This document shows, piece after piece, positions 39,888 to 55,033 of a DNA stretch of 64,000 nt. A program made the translations under genes and the position numbers. The stretch comes from Octopus vulgaris. Lineage: Eukaryota. The stretch covers positions 128,030,001 through 128,094,000 of the forward strand of contig OX597819.1 in assembly GCA_951406725.2 (NCBI GenBank). The letters are read 5' to 3'. The notes beneath the pieces were generated by a model. It saw nothing but the letters and a program-made list of their open reading frames with translations. It made no database searches and was not told where the DNA came from. Each line of letters starts with the position of its first letter. Positions within the stretch are counted from its first letter, which is position 1.

Positions 39888-40196
39888 TATGTATTTTCAT
39901 TTGAGATAGTAGGCCCCTTCATCTCACCATATAAAAAAGAATTTAAATTTAAATACTACTTTATAATTTGGCTACATGTGTTTCATGAGGTACATTTCCC
40001 GGTTCCTAAACCGGGGCCTGATGATTAGGGTTATATTTTAAGAATGGTTCCAGAGAAACACGGAGTGGTTTAGGAACCGGGAAATGTAGCTCATGAAACA
40101 CGTGTAGCCAAGTTATAAAGTAGCAAGTACTTGAATTAAAATTATTTTTTATGTGGTGAGATGAAGGGACCTACTATCTCTAAATAAAAATATATA
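39888..40196. repeat. Inverted repeat (about 125-bp arms, 54-nt spacer) with HHR core words
   Basis: Arms 39888-40012 and 40067-40196; CTGATGA at 40018-40024; GAAACACGTGTA at 40095-40106. Confidence 0.9.
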
Positions 40197-40264
40197 TTTC
40201 CTCATTGAGAATAATTTGAACCCCTGTTATGCCGGAATTTTTATTCCCTAATTAATAAAATTAA

Positions 40265-40366
<102 letters not shown>

Positions 40367-40520
40367 CAACAATTGAGGGTAAAATTAATTAATTAATCAA
40401 TTTCACCAAGTATTCAGTATACAAAGGGACCATTTAAGGCGAATTCAAATTATTACATTATATAAAAGGGCTTAGTAAAATAAATTATAAAAGGGCTTAG
40501 TATATATATATATATATATA

Positions 40521-40931
40521 TAGGCGCAGGAGTGGCTGTGTGGTAATTAGCTTGTTTACCAACCACACGGTTCCGGGTTCAGTCCCACTGCGTGGCACCT
40601 TGGGCCAGTGTCTTCTGCTATAGCCCCGGGCCGACCAATGCCTTGTGAGTGGATTTGGTTGACGGAAACTGAAATGAAGCCTGTCATATATATGTATATA
40701 TATATATATATGTGTGTGTTTGTGTGTCTGTGTTTGTCCCGCTAGCATTGCTTGACAACCGATGCTGGTGTGTTTACGTCCCCGTCACTTAGCGGTTCGG
40801 CAAATGAGACCGATAGAATAAGTACTGGGCTTACAAAGAATAAGTCCCGGGGTCGATTTGCTCGACTAAAAGGTGGTGCTCCAGCATGGCCGCAGTCATA
40901 TGACTGAAACAAGTAAAAGAGAGAGAAAGAG

Positions 40932-40934
<3 letters not shown>
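40521..40934 (+). mobile_element. SINE family B, full length
   Basis: Near-identical to 11366-11771; flanked by (TA)n. Confidence 0.9.
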
Positions 40935-40975
<41 letters not shown>

Positions 40976-41369
40976 TCACACACACACACAGAAAGACGCA
41001 AACACAGAGTCACAGACAGAAAGAGAGACAGAGGGAGGAAGAGAGATCCAAAACATTGTTATGTATGCTCATGGTTGTCTGACCTTTCAACTTTTCAACC
41101 GTAATTTTCTCTCATTCTATTGAGCAGCAGCAATAAAAAGAAATATGTTTACAATAGAGCCCAAACATTTACAACATTTTTTCTAACTGAAGTTTTCGTA
41201 AATTACACGATTTTATATACGTTGAGGTTAGAGATTTAATTGAAAACCAATCAACATGGAGGAATTATGTTATTCGCCGCGCAAAGGAAATATATCTTCT
41301 ACATTTGTTTCAAATGATATATTGCAATCTTTTGTCAGTGGATGACAGAAACACACAAGTACATTTATA

Positions 41370-41424
<55 letters not shown>

Positions 41425-41653
41425 TCTCAATGAACGATATATACGTTCATTCATACACACGAGCGCGCGTACGTGTGTATGTATGTGTAAAAGAAATAGG
41501 AATTTTATGACAGTTTGTCTTTCATTAGACACGGAATCAAATGCGACCTCAGAACATATGTCCACAGAACACGCACACAATAATATGTGTATGTGTGCAA
41601 GGGTGTATGCATATGTGTATACATACATACATACATACATATATATATATGTT

Positions 41654-41714
<61 letters not shown>

Positions 41715-42664
41715 GTATATGTATATATATATGTATGTATATATATATATGTGTGTGTATGTATATGTATACGTATATATATACATACTTACATGTGAAT
41801 GTATGCATATATATACGTTGGTACAAAATCTTTTTTATCATATGCGTACAAAGGACATATGTGCTTGTGAGTCTTGCTGCGTGCGTGTTTACGTACGCAC
41901 ATACACACACTCACACACACACACACACAATCTTCAGTACATCTCCTTCCTATGCGTTTCTGTATTCGCCGATGTATACGTGTATCTGTGTGAGTTTTTG
42001 TGTGCTATACTATGGAGTTCAGTAAAGCAGAAAACCAGCCATTGAGCTCTGGTCATTCTTCTGGAAAGATCTATTTTGCTGTCGTAGGAAACAGACAATG
42101 GATTATATGAAACTATGTTGATGAAACGACGTTTTATGCGAACCTATTTTTTTCTTGTTTTCTTGTTTTTTTGTTTGTTTTTTTTTTGTACAATAAAACA
42201 TTTACTTACTGTTGTCTGATCACGAATGAAGTGGGTGTGGATATTTAAATATGCTGTCTGTCTTTGTGTTCTCTATTTGTCTCTGCGTCTGTGCGTCTGT
42301 ATGTAGTCAGAGGTTTGTATGTTTTTTTTGTATGTATATATATATATATATATGTCTTCCCTTTGTTTCTTTTATTATTTTTTACTCCAAATGTTTTTCC
42401 TTCACATATCTAGACTGTATGTGTATGCATGTGTAATTCAGTGTATGCATGTGAGGGTATGTATTCGTATAAACATAGATTTGTACATACTTTTTACACC
42501 GGACAATAGATTAATTTTCTTGAATCAGCAATTTTTTTAACTCGTATGTATGGATGCATACGTGTGTATGTGTATGTATGTATGTATGTACGTACGTGTG
42601 TATGTAAAATCATCATCATCATCAACATCATCATTACTATTACTATAATGATTATTATAATTAC

Positions 42665-42714
<50 letters not shown>

Positions 42715-42715
<1 letters not shown>

Positions 42716-43100
42716 GGCGGCGAACTGGCAGAACCGTTAGCACGCCGGGTGAAATGCTTAGCGGTTTTTTTTCTGCCGTTACGTTCTGAGTTCAAATTCC
42801 ACCGAGGTCGACTTTGCCTTTCATCCTTTCGGGGTCGATAAATTAAATACTAGTTACGCACTGGGGCCAATGTAATCGACTTAATTCGTTTGTCCGTCCT
42901 TGTTTGTCCCCTCTGTGTTTAGCCCCTTGTGGGTAGTAAAGAAATAGGTATTTTTTTTGCCGCTACATTCTGAGTTCAAATTCCACCGAGGTCGACTTTG
43001 CCTTTCATCTTTGGGGGTCGATAAATTAAGTACCAATGAACCCCTAAGGTCGATGTAATCCCAAAATTTTCAGGCCTTGTGCCTATAATAGAAAGGATTA
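42715..43100 (+). mobile_element. SINE family A with partial second body and alternative tail
   Basis: Head ggcggcgaactggcagaaccgttagc; junction gaaataggtatt at about 42941-42952. Confidence 0.88.
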
Positions 43101-44346
43101 TTTAAATTGATCGTATTTTGAATTTTCTACTTATTGTCTCCTGGTATCCCCTTCGGGTTGGCAGTAACCTGAGCTGTTGGGGATTTCAAATACCAGCCTT
43201 TAGTTTTCTCAGTACCGTATTCTCTTCCCACGCCGCTGTGACTATTATCTAAGACACCTACCCCTCGTTGCCAGATTTGGCGGCGGTATAACTGATTATA
43301 CTATTTATATAAACTGTATGTATTCATTCTTTAAAATTCAGGCTACTTGTAACTTGAAAATTTTTAATTATTACATGTAAGAAACCCATTAGTTACTATA
43401 TTAAATCATCAACTAAGTAAATCACAAACGACCAGCAGAACTTAATTACGACACAAATATCTGGGCTGAAATACTTTTCTACATAGAATGACACTGTCAG
43501 AATTTACTTGAGGCTATACAAAATTATCGAGATCGGCAGCAGCACTAAAAGCAACATATTTTTTTAATGATTATTATATTGACATTATTATATATTAACT
43601 TTATTATATATTGACATTATTATATATGACATTATTATATTGACATATGCACCAATAATGGTTCTGGTAAAAAGTGAGGACTACCTCGGTATATTTTATA
43701 CATGGAAATGTAATTTCTGGCCACAAGGACAAACGTCATCTAAGAATCGAACAATAGAACAAATATTTAATGTTCACTGACAGTAAACTGGCCGAAGTGT
43801 GAGTGTCGGACACAATGCCTTGCAATATTTAGTTACTTTCTGGGTGTATCAAGCGCAAAAGTCAACCATCCTTCCAGAACCGATAAAATAAAATACTAGT
43901 CAAATACGGAGGTCATTTTAATTGGAAATAACCTTCTTTCACTACGGAAAAATAAATCGTGGTCGCTCATCGATGTGAGCAATGCTACAAATCAATATTT
44001 ACTCTTCACCTTTTTTTCATGGGGTAATTAGAAGAAGGCCAGCGCACATGACCTTCTTTGCAAGGCTTTGTAAGGGTCTGGGGAGAGAGAGGAAATGGAG
44101 AGTGGAATTTTAAAAGATTTCATTTCGCATATTACCGCAATTTCTGTTTACGCAAATATCACGCATAAGACTTAGTTTGACGTCATAGGTGTGGTAGATA
44201 GTGTCTGAAACTATAGGGTTTCAAAGCATTATTTCGAACTGATTGTTTTTTTTTAATATACATATCAACTTAAAGATGAGCGACATTTCTGAGTTCACAC
44301 TCCGACGAGGTCACTTTATATTTGGCCGGTCTCACTCGATAATATA

Positions 44347-44571
44347 TATTTCTTTACTACCCACAAGGGGCTAAACACAAAGGGGACAAACAAGGACAGA
44401 CAAACGGATTAAGTCGATTACATCGACCCCAGTGCGTAACTGGTACTTAATTTATCGACCCTGAAAGGATGAAAGGCAAAGTCGACCTCGGCGGAATTTG
44501 AACTCAGAACGTAACGGCAGACGAAATACGGCTACGCATTTCGCCCGGCGTGCTAACGTTTCTGCCAGCTC
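44347..44571 (-). mobile_element. SINE family A, young
   Basis: Nearly identical to 49906-50137 and 62363-62589. Confidence 0.92.
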
Positions 44572-44779
44572 GAGTGTCAATCAGCTACTAGAAATAACGA
44601 AACTTTGCGCAAAAACCGTATGGCATTGCGCTTATGTTAGAACTTAATATTTCTTCTGCACTAGCATATGCAAGTAGGGTGGGGGTTAAATGGCAGAGTC
44701 GTTAGAGCGCTGGACATAGTCCTTGTAATTGTTCCGGTTGTTTGCATTCTTAGTTCGATCAAGTTACATTTAAGTAAAT

Positions 44780-45174
44780 AGTGGAGGCGCAATGGCTCAG
44801 TGGTTAGGGCAGCGGACTCGCGGTCATAGGATCGCGGTTTCGATTCCCAGACCGGGCGTTGTGAGTGTTTATTGAGCGAAAACACCTAAAGCTCCACGAG
44901 GCTCCGGCAGGGGATGGTGGTGATCCCTGCTGTACTCTTTCACCACAACTTTCTCTCACTCTTACTTGCTGTTTCTGTTGTACCTGTATTTCAAAGGGCC
45001 GGCCTTGTCACTCTCTGTGTCACGCTGAATATCCCCGAGAACTACGTTAAGGGTACACGTGTCTGTGGAGTGCTCAGCCACTTACACGTTAATTTCACGA
45101 GCAGGCTGTTCCGTTGATTCGGATCAACCGGAACCCTCGTCGTCGTAACCGACGGAGTGCTTCCAAAAAAAAAA
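44780..45174 (+). mobile_element. SINE family C, full length, poly(A) tail, 12-bp TSD
   Basis: A box tggctcagtgg, B box gtttcgattccc; TSD atttaagtaaat at 44768-44779 and 45175-45186. Confidence 0.93.
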
Positions 45175-46409
45175 ATTTAAGTAAATGCTCTATACACTTC
45201 CCCACTACCCCCATTTAACTGTAATACTTTCATATTACGCAGAAATGATGGACTCTCTTATCGATCTTGGTTCCTGAGCTTCCAGATATTCAATCAACTC
45301 TGATACTTGCGTACTGAATTAGTACTGAATTAAAATAGATTTTAATTCACTGTCTCAATACCCTGAGAGCACATTCACCACTTACAGCTTCCACGCATCT
45401 TCCGCGGTACAGCACGTTCGTCGTAGGACCTACTTAATGAATTCATCAGATATTATTGAGATTTGGTTGAATAATCTGTCTAGCATTGTGTCTGAATGTG
45501 TGCATATGTTGTAGTAGTATGCTAAGTGGCTGAGTATTCCATAGAACATGTACCCTTAATGTGATTCATAAGTAGTATCAGCATGACATTGTATGATAAT
45601 TCTTGACTATTGAATCGCAAGTATCGTCGATCTGAGACCAAGGTAAACTGGAAATTACCATGTATGGTCTATGCAACAGAGAGGAGTCAACTGGAAATCA
45701 TGCAACAACATTCTAAGCGATAATTATCACAAAACAAATGCAGGAGTTTCTATACGATACCTCGACCAGCTAAAAAATTTTCAATTCCCATCCTATCATC
45801 TGAGAAAATAGATAAGATATTGTGATCTTGGATGCATTAAGCATAGGAAAAAGATTAACATGATTAAAACGGAATTCCGTTGATCAAAAGTCTGATCGCT
45901 CAAGGCTAGCTTGGGTTCAACGTGTCAGAATAGCAGATCATTGAGCGTTAAATTCTATCCCAATTTCTTGAATTCAATACAGAAATGGTTTACCCCAATA
46001 TGCTTGTCGTGTACAAGACTGCATCCAGTGGAACATTATTCGCCGGAAACAGACGCACAAGTTACAGAAATTCCACCATTTCCTCCTTTTTCAGAACAGA
46101 ACATGTATAGGAAAGGAAGGTGATTAAACTGATGCCCCGTATCACAAAACCGTAACCAGGCGAGATAACGAAGTATGGGTGAAAACAACAATAGGCTACC
46201 GGGATTTTCCGCTAGCACTTGAGCCTCGTACGAAAGATCACATCTTTTGAAGATAAGAAGCCATAGTAATGGTTTAGTTGGATCCTATAGTGCAACACCT
46301 TTAGTAAGCTTCTTATATCATTACAGCAGAACGACTAGGTTTTATGAATGAAAGGTCGTTGTCGGTAACTGAGCGGAGGCTCGTTATGTGTGTGTGTGTA
46401 CATACGCAC

Positions 46410-46472
<63 letters not shown>

Positions 46473-46930
46473 TTTGTGAAGTCAGCATACGGATGGCAGA
46501 ATCATTTTGCCCTCCATATACTGTCGACAGAACTACGTGTATCGAATTACGTTCTTAATTTGAATCCAACGCATGTCAACTTTCCCTTTCCACCTTCAAC
46601 CGTTGATGAAATTAGGATTAGGCTCACATTCAGTCAACTAACCTTGGAAACAGGTGCCAAGCTCCAGTATGGCCATGACTAACTAACCTAAGAATAAAAG
46701 AAATCTCTACACGATTAGCTGCTTCAAATCAGCTTCTCGCTTAGATTAGCTTTTTTCATATGATGGTTTGAAATTATTCATTGTCCCTTAAATGACCAGC
46801 AGGTATTATTGTTGTTTTTGTTGTGCCGTTCGAGAAGACTCATAATTAAAGGATTAAACCATGATGATCCATCTTTTATTGGCGTAATTCGTCTATACAC
46901 ACACACACATACACACACACACACACATAC

Positions 46931-46965
<35 letters not shown>

Positions 46966-47099
46966 CACACACATACACACATACGTCTCTTCTATTTTGT
47001 AATTATTATAAATCTTCCACTGAGGAGGGAGTCGATTTCCAACAAAGATACAAGACTCCATCTTTGGGATGAAGTTAAAACAGACAAATTCACATTTGG

Positions 47100-47500
47100 A
47101 ACCTGAGAAAAGTCTTGCATATTTTTACTGTTCCACTCACTGATTGCACTTGTAATGTACGAATTAGCCGGTCGATTTCTCTTTCTGAAAATCCTAATTT
47201 ATCCAGATTCTCCTGTATACATTTACTAACAAAATCTAGTGCTACAATTATTATTGGTATGAATACAAATTCATATTCTGGATGTTTCGAAGCAGTTGTC
47301 CATAGATATCCTCTTTCCTTTGATTTTCAAAGATATATATATATCAGCAGGCAGCTGACCCCTATGATGGTACATACCTTTACCCTTCTGTCCCAAATAA
47401 TAATATTCAGCCTGTAATGTTTACGTTTGGCAGACGTTTTGATGGGAATATTCCACCAATATTCCTTGAGTTGGTGTTTATGAATGTATTCCATAACAGA
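47100..47500 (-). mobile_element. Degenerate restriction-like endonuclease domain of an RLE-type non-LTR retrotransposon
   Basis: YWWNIPIKTSAKRKHYRLNIIIWDRRVKVCTIIGVSC resembles the decayed RPDI...IIEV (PD-D/ExK) motif. Confidence 0.75.
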
Positions 47501-48626
47501 AGTATTTTCAGTAGTATATTTCAGGACAGACTTTTTTATGAAAGGCATTGTTTGTATATTTGTATGTATGGATGGATGGACGTACATATGTACATACGAT
47601 GTAAGTATGTATGTATATATGGATGGATGGATGGATGTGTGTATATATGTATGGGAAGTGACGGAGAAAGATGCAAGAAGGAAAGAAAAAAAGAGAAAAA
47701 AAAGCAGATAAAAGCATCACGTTACCCTGGCAGATTGGTGAAGTACTCTTCATGCATCTAATTGGACCGCAGTGCGTTATTGTATATTTTTGAAAATGTC
47801 TAGAAAGGAAACGTGCTGATAGGCAACCGCTTGTCGTCTATGAATTAAATTTTTCCCATAGGTGCAGTCAGCCCAACCAATGGATACCTTGGACCCACGA
47901 ATATGTTAACGTTCGTAACTCTGTAATCTTTGCCAGTGCTGACCGTCCGCCTTAACGTTATCTAAAATAACTTTAACTAAGGTACTTCTTTCTAAGTGCT
48001 GTCGTTATTTAGCCCAGCCTTTATCGAAATAATTTTTCTCGTGGAAAAACCCTTCAATATACCTTACTACGTATTTCTATTTCTAAAACGGTAGAGCGTG
48101 AACAGAGGAAGACATAACTCCTGTTTCTAGCAGATGAAGCGACTGCATATAGGCCTCTACAATTGTTTATTGTTTCCTCATTGGCTCGTTGGCGATGAAA
48201 TAACTCTCAAAACATATCCCAACAGTCTTGAATTTAACAAAAGTTCTGCTATAATTTTTAAAAGATAGTGCATGTGATTTGAGGAGGATTTTCATATATT
48301 TCACGCAGAGCGAATGACCAAGTAAAGGCTCTAGTTGTAATCTCAGGCGAGCGTGACGTATAAGGACATAAGAAGTATTATACATGATGCAAAATGACAG
48401 CCATCTTTTCTGTTCTATTCAGAAATTACTTTGGTGTCTATCACAATATTTGTCTTTTCCATAAGTTCATTCACGCATTGATACGCCTGGATTGTTTGAT
48501 ATTGTATGAGCAATATTATTTTAGATACTTTATTTTTTGTATTATTGCTAAATATTTTGTGATAGCGATGATGTCGTTGGTGTAATTGTGTTGTTTTGTA
48601 TATGTACGTATATATATATATGTATG

Positions 48627-48729
<103 letters not shown>

Positions 48730-48923
48730 TTCTGTAGCGGGTATATAATAATATGTGGAAATTGACGATTTAAGTCTGTTATCAGCATATTGACATAGAA
48801 ATAATTTTCTTTTGTCCTTGTTTATAAGTTGTTTATAATTTTAACCTTTAAAAGTATTTTAATATGCTGCCATTTTTTTGCTGAAATTTTTTTCTGTAGA
48901 AAAACTTCATCCTATATTAGTAG

Positions 48924-48965
<42 letters not shown>

Positions 48966-48972
48966 TAGTATG

Positions 48973-49017
<45 letters not shown>

Positions 49018-49427
49018 GTATATATACAAAACAACACAACTACAGCATAGACAGATAGATATAGATATATGTATATCTTAGAGTCCTTGCTTCGATTTCA
49101 TTCAGAGTTACTTGAAGCCAACTGCGATTTAGTTACCATAGAAACGTCGAAGTAATTCAGTAGGGCATGATATGCGTGATATTAGAAATGAAGCACCGAG
49201 GAATAACATATTAACGTTTAGTTGCAGCCTAAACTTAAACCTGGAGATGTTAGGCACATGGCGATTTTGTTTTCATGCATTTATTCATATACGCGTGTGA
49301 GAGTGTGTTTATTTATATATATATATACATATATATATGTGTGTGTATATGTGTGTTTTTCTCTCAGTTTTTGAGTGTCTCTGTATGTGTGTGTGAGTTT
49401 CTCTTTCTCCTTCTCTCTCCCTCTTCC

Positions 49428-49476
<49 letters not shown>

Positions 49477-49634
49477 TTGTGTGTGTGAGTATGTGTGCAA
49501 GCTTGTACGAATATGGATATTTGCATGTACACAGTGAAGAAAAAAAGTATTGAGTCTACATCTGGATGCAACTTGTCAAAATGTTTTTTTTTTATTGGTG
49601 GGAGCAGTTAAGAATATCTAAAATGTGGTGCACA

Positions 49635-49672
<38 letters not shown>

Positions 49673-49905
49673 TGTGTGTGTTTGTGTGTACACAGAAATA
49701 CGCACATGTATTAGAAATTTTTTCCATATATATATGGATGAATGGATGGTTGGGTGGATGGATGGATGGATAAATGGGTGCATGTATGTATGGGAAGACA
49801 GGGAGAAAGAGGCAAGAAGAAGGAAACAGAAACAAAAGAAAACAAAAGCAATGACCAAGTGAAAGAGATTTGTCTTTTAGAGAGATGACTTCTCTGTTAA
49901 TATAT

Positions 49906-50137
49906 ATTTCTTTACTACCCACAAGGGGCTAAACACAGAGGGGACAAACAAGGACAGACAAACGGATTAAGTCGATTACATCGACCCCAGTGCGTAACTG
50001 GTACTTAATTTATCGACCTCGAAAGGATGAAAGGCAAAGTCGACCTCGGCGGAATTTGAACCCGGAACGTAATGGCAGACGAAATACGGCTACCCTTCGC
50101 CCAGCGTGCTAACGTTTCTGCCAGCTCACCGCCTTCC
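49906..50137 (-). mobile_element. SINE family A with 15-bp TSD
   Basis: TSD tctctgttaatatat at 49891-49905 and 50138-50152. Confidence 0.93.
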
Positions 50138-50892
50138 TCTCTGTTAATATATTGCACGGGCCATATGCATAAACGATTATTGAGAGAATTTTTTCAAGTT
50201 GAGAGATAAAAACCAACTCCACCATCCTCTCAACAACTGCAACAACATCAATAACAGCCATAATAAACCTCTTCCTATCCGTATGTGTGTGCGCGCGCGA
50301 GTGATGTGTGTGTGTAACTTATATACATACCAAATAACACGTGCGCGTTAGTGTATATGAATGTGCATAGTGTAGTATTTAGGTGATGGCGTATTTGCAT
50401 ATGTTCAAAACATTCGTGTTTATATTAAGCTCATTTGAGCGAAACCATACGTTTTTTGCTGTTAAGTATAACTTGTGCAGAAGAAGGAAAATAAAGATCC
50501 ATGGTAACGGTGTAGATGCAAAATAATAGATAGTATAACGGAAAAAAAACTTTCATCGGATTCACATGCATACATGCACATCGCAAAAAAACACACACGC
50601 ACATACATATATACATGTGTGCGTATATGTGAGCTATATGTAAAATTATGCTTGTATGTATGTATGTATATATGCATGTATATATGTATATATATATATA
50701 TACATATATATATGTATATACATGCATACACACACATATATATATATGTTTGTATGTATATATGTATGTTTGTATGTATATATGTATGTATGTATGTATA
50801 TATGTATGTACGTATGTATCTATGCATTCATGCACTCACACACAAAGATACATATGCATTCATAAATATATATATATATGTATGTATATATA

Positions 50893-51185
50893 TGATGTGA
50901 AGTCAAAAGTTATCCGCACTTTCGCCATAACATTTCTTAATTTTTGTCACACTGCCCTCTGCGCATGCGTACTTATGGTTGGTAATATTGTGGTCACATG
51001 ATCGAAGTTTGAGACTGATCGTGCCATTTTTCTTTCTGGATTTACAGTGTAAGCATGGCCGCTGCACTAGCAATGTGCACCAAAGAAGAATAAAGACAAG
51101 TGATCCGAGAGATGGTAATGGTGAACCGGTTCACCTTTACCTTCTGGCATATGGCAAAAGTGTGGATAATTTTTGACTTCCCCTA

Positions 51186-51186
<1 letters not shown>
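50893..51186 (+). mobile_element. Internally deleted mariner element (MITE)
   Basis: TIRs gaagtcaaaagttatccgcactttcgccata / tatggcaaaagtgtggataatttttgacttc, TA flanks; residual N-terminus MAAALAMCTKEE*RQVIR. Confidence 0.85.
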
Positions 51187-51247
<61 letters not shown>

Positions 51248-51273
51248 TTTATTTAAAGCAGCAGAAAATTCAA

Positions 51274-51323
51274 CAAAACCTGTTACTCTGAGTTTCCCGT
51301 TGCCGTTCATCGGACAGTTTTTG
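51274..51323 (-). ncRNA. Minimal type I hammerhead motif (core CCGAUGA)
   Basis: Minus strand caaaaactgt-CCGATGA-acg(gcaa)cgg-GAAA-CTCAGAG-TA^-acaggttttg; stem I 9 of 10 bp; GNRA loop on stem II; AATAAA follows. Confidence 0.72.
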
Positions 51324-51428
51324 CTAGAAAACATATATATATATGTATATGTATTTGATAAATTCTTCTGTTTACATAATATCGAGGTCTTTCATTCCTT
51401 TGTTGTCTTACCATTGCTATCAATACAT

Positions 51429-51470
<42 letters not shown>

Positions 51471-51654
51471 TCTTCTTCTTCTTCTTCTTCTTCTACTTCC
51501 CTACCAAGAATTCACAACGACCTCGAACCCACAAGAGTAAACAAGAGACAGAAACAGGCAGAAACAAGGAAAATACCACTTGTATTTGAACACTATGCAT
51601 ATATTCTTTTAAAACCTTTTCTTTTCATTTTTCCAAATTTAATTTTTTCCATAC

Positions 51655-51696
51655 TTACAGTTGAAAAAGTCTGAATGACTGAAACCGGTACTGAAA
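51655..51696 (+). ncRNA. Degenerate minimal hammerhead motif
   Basis: cag-TTGAAAA-agtc(tgaat)gact-GAAA-CCGG-TA^-ctg; all stems in register, core has two transitions from CTGAAGA. Confidence 0.55.
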
Positions 51697-51741
51697 TGTT
51701 TTTTATAAAATTATTTTAGCATTTTCTATCTTGACTTATTT

Positions 51742-51782
<41 letters not shown>

Positions 51783-52246
51783 TGATTTGCCTAATAGTGG
51801 TTTTATCTCTAATCTAATTTATATTTATGCTGTGAAATTTGATTTAATCCTAAATCTAATTTTTCCCTGTAAGTTTGGATTTACTCCCTAATATTATTAT
51901 TATTATTGTTATATATATATATTGGTTGTCTACGCTTTATGCAGAGTTTGACCACCTGTACCTACATCTTAGAACCATCATGGCATCTGATGTCGCTTTT
52001 TAAGCCATATAATATTTTCGAAAGACAGCCAAATAGATGGCATATCCGATTTGGGCCACCAAGAGCTGCAATTAAGTTCTGATCTTTGTGGATATTAAAG
52101 TATATATATATATATATATATATACGATATAGTGTATATTTAAATACATAGAGAATCCACTTATAGGGATTCTACGCGCTAGAAAGAACAGCTAAGTTCT
52201 ATAACCACCAACAATTGAGGATAAGATTAGACAGGAATAAATTTGG

Positions 52247-52283
<37 letters not shown>

Positions 52284-54058
52284 GTTTGCATATTTATATT
52301 TATGACTTAGAACCGTCTATAAATATTTGCAGGACCCCCGAGTTTGGTGAGCTACAGATTATTAGATCTTGCTTGATATTCTTATTCTGGAAACGTCGTT
52401 GGTTTCGCTGTAACAGATTTCCCTTCGCCTAACTAACTGAAATGCAAGTAATGTCTGAAATCAACTTCTGAAGAGCGCGTAGAACCCATTCCATCACACT
52501 GACTGTCTTCTCTATATTTTCTTAGTATTCCGTTCTCAATTTCTCTCAGAACGCTTGGACCGTCTCGATGTTATTGCAGAAATACACATGACCAAGTTGT
52601 CACGTAGATCGAAATACGAACATCGTCGTTGCGAAGCGGATATCGCAACTATAAAACCGATTGACTGCCTATGTCGTAGAAGGACTTCAATGTCAAGAGG
52701 AAGTCAACGTATTTAGCATTGTGACGATGACACAACGAAGTGTTCTAGAACCGTCCAAAATATCTTTTCGATTATTGTTCTCCCCAATGACCAAAGCAAA
52801 ATTACACTTCAGCTCTTTTCATATTTTCTTTAACCCAGATGGTTTAACATTTCTTGGGAAGGGTATTTCTTTTATTTTTTTATTTTGCTTTTTCTTTATA
52901 GGTTTTGTAGTTTTTTCTTTATTTTGTTTTCAAATTTATTATTTTTATGTTTTACTTTCATATTTGTTTTATGTCTTTATAAGTTTTATCTTATCCTATT
53001 CCCCCCCCTCACTGCGGCTCCTGTTGTGTTTTTATTTACATTTCTTTCTCTGTCTTTTATTTCTTTTATTAGAGTGGCTTTTGTTTCTGTTTTATTTATT
53101 TATTTATTTATTTGTTTATTGTTTTTTTACCTTTACGAAAATCTGACAACTACTTCGAAATTAATGAAAAAGCAAGATAGGCAATAAATGAAAAAACTCA
53201 GCCAAGCGAAGACAAACAATTAATTCTTCTTCAGATAAGAATATAAAAAACACAATAAAAATACCCCCTTCAGCCAACACCACCTCATCCGTCTCACCCC
53301 ACTCGAAACAAGAAGTTTTTTTTTTCGGGTTTTCTTAACTAAAATTGTTTTTCCTTTCACCCTTTTTTCTTCATACTTCTCTACATTCTTCAACATAAAA
53401 TAAAGAAATAAAGCAGAAAACGAAAATTTATTTACTGTTTTTATGCTAATTATTGATTTCTTGTTATTTGTCGTTTTTTTATCACATTTTATTTCATTTT
53501 GTAATTGTTTTACTGCTCTTCATTTCGATTTTGTATTGTTTGCTTCCGTTTATACTTTTTATTAATTGATAGTATTGTTGCTTGCATTACCATCACCCTC
53601 TCTCTCTCACTCTCTCTCTCTTTCTCTCTCTCTCTCACCACCCTGCACATATCTTTCATTCCTCTCTTAAGTCCTCAAACTTACATCGACGTTTATACTG
53701 TTGCTTGACATATAAGCCACTCGATCTGCTTTGGTGCAGTAGAAAATTGAGAAATGTCCACTTTTGTTTTATTTTTACTATTTCGACCGACGTTTCGATT
53801 TTTTTTATTAATGTTTTTTGCGTTTGAATTATTATATACGTCTTGTGGTTGTCTTTGTTCTCTTAGAATTAATTTTGTATTGATATCATTAGAAGGTCGA
53901 AAAAATGCGTAGGGGCATTTCTTCCGGCTCTTTACGGTGATAGTTCAAATTCCATCGACGTTGACTCGGCTCTTAATCCTTAATGAATAAACACTGGAAT
54001 TTATATAATCAATTTATCCATCCACTTAAAATTACTGGCCTTGTACAAAATTTCAAAG

Positions 54059-54097
<39 letters not shown>

Positions 54098-54134
54098 TTT
54101 TTTTTTCTTCTTTCAAATTTGCTTCCATTTCTTA

Positions 54135-54199
<65 letters not shown>

Positions 54200-54204
<5 letters not shown>

Positions 54205-54366
54205 TAGTTTTATTTTTATAGGGTGCTTTCACTTCACTACCGAGCGCAGCTCTGTGTGCCTTGGGTATGTGCTGTGATTTGTTGTGATGCTCTGATGGTT
54301 ATTGTATGGAAAGTGTTCTGCGTAGGATGTGTGCAGTGCCTAGTAGTGCAATTTTCTGTATGTTAT
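54200..54366 (-). mobile_element. 5'-truncated R4/Dong-like LINE 3' end in (TAA)n
   Basis: Encodes IQKIALLGTAHILRRTLSIQ* plus 3' UTR; same sequence at 55034 and 61280. Confidence 0.88.
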
Positions 54367-54377
54367 TATTATCATCA

Positions 54378-55023
<646 letters not shown>

Positions 55024-55033
55024 ATTATTATTG

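Noticed and set aside
44781-44855. tRNA-like sequence (also 12424-12495)
   Set aside because: SINE heads: no complete cloverleaf, and they continue into SINE body (with tail and TSD at 44780).
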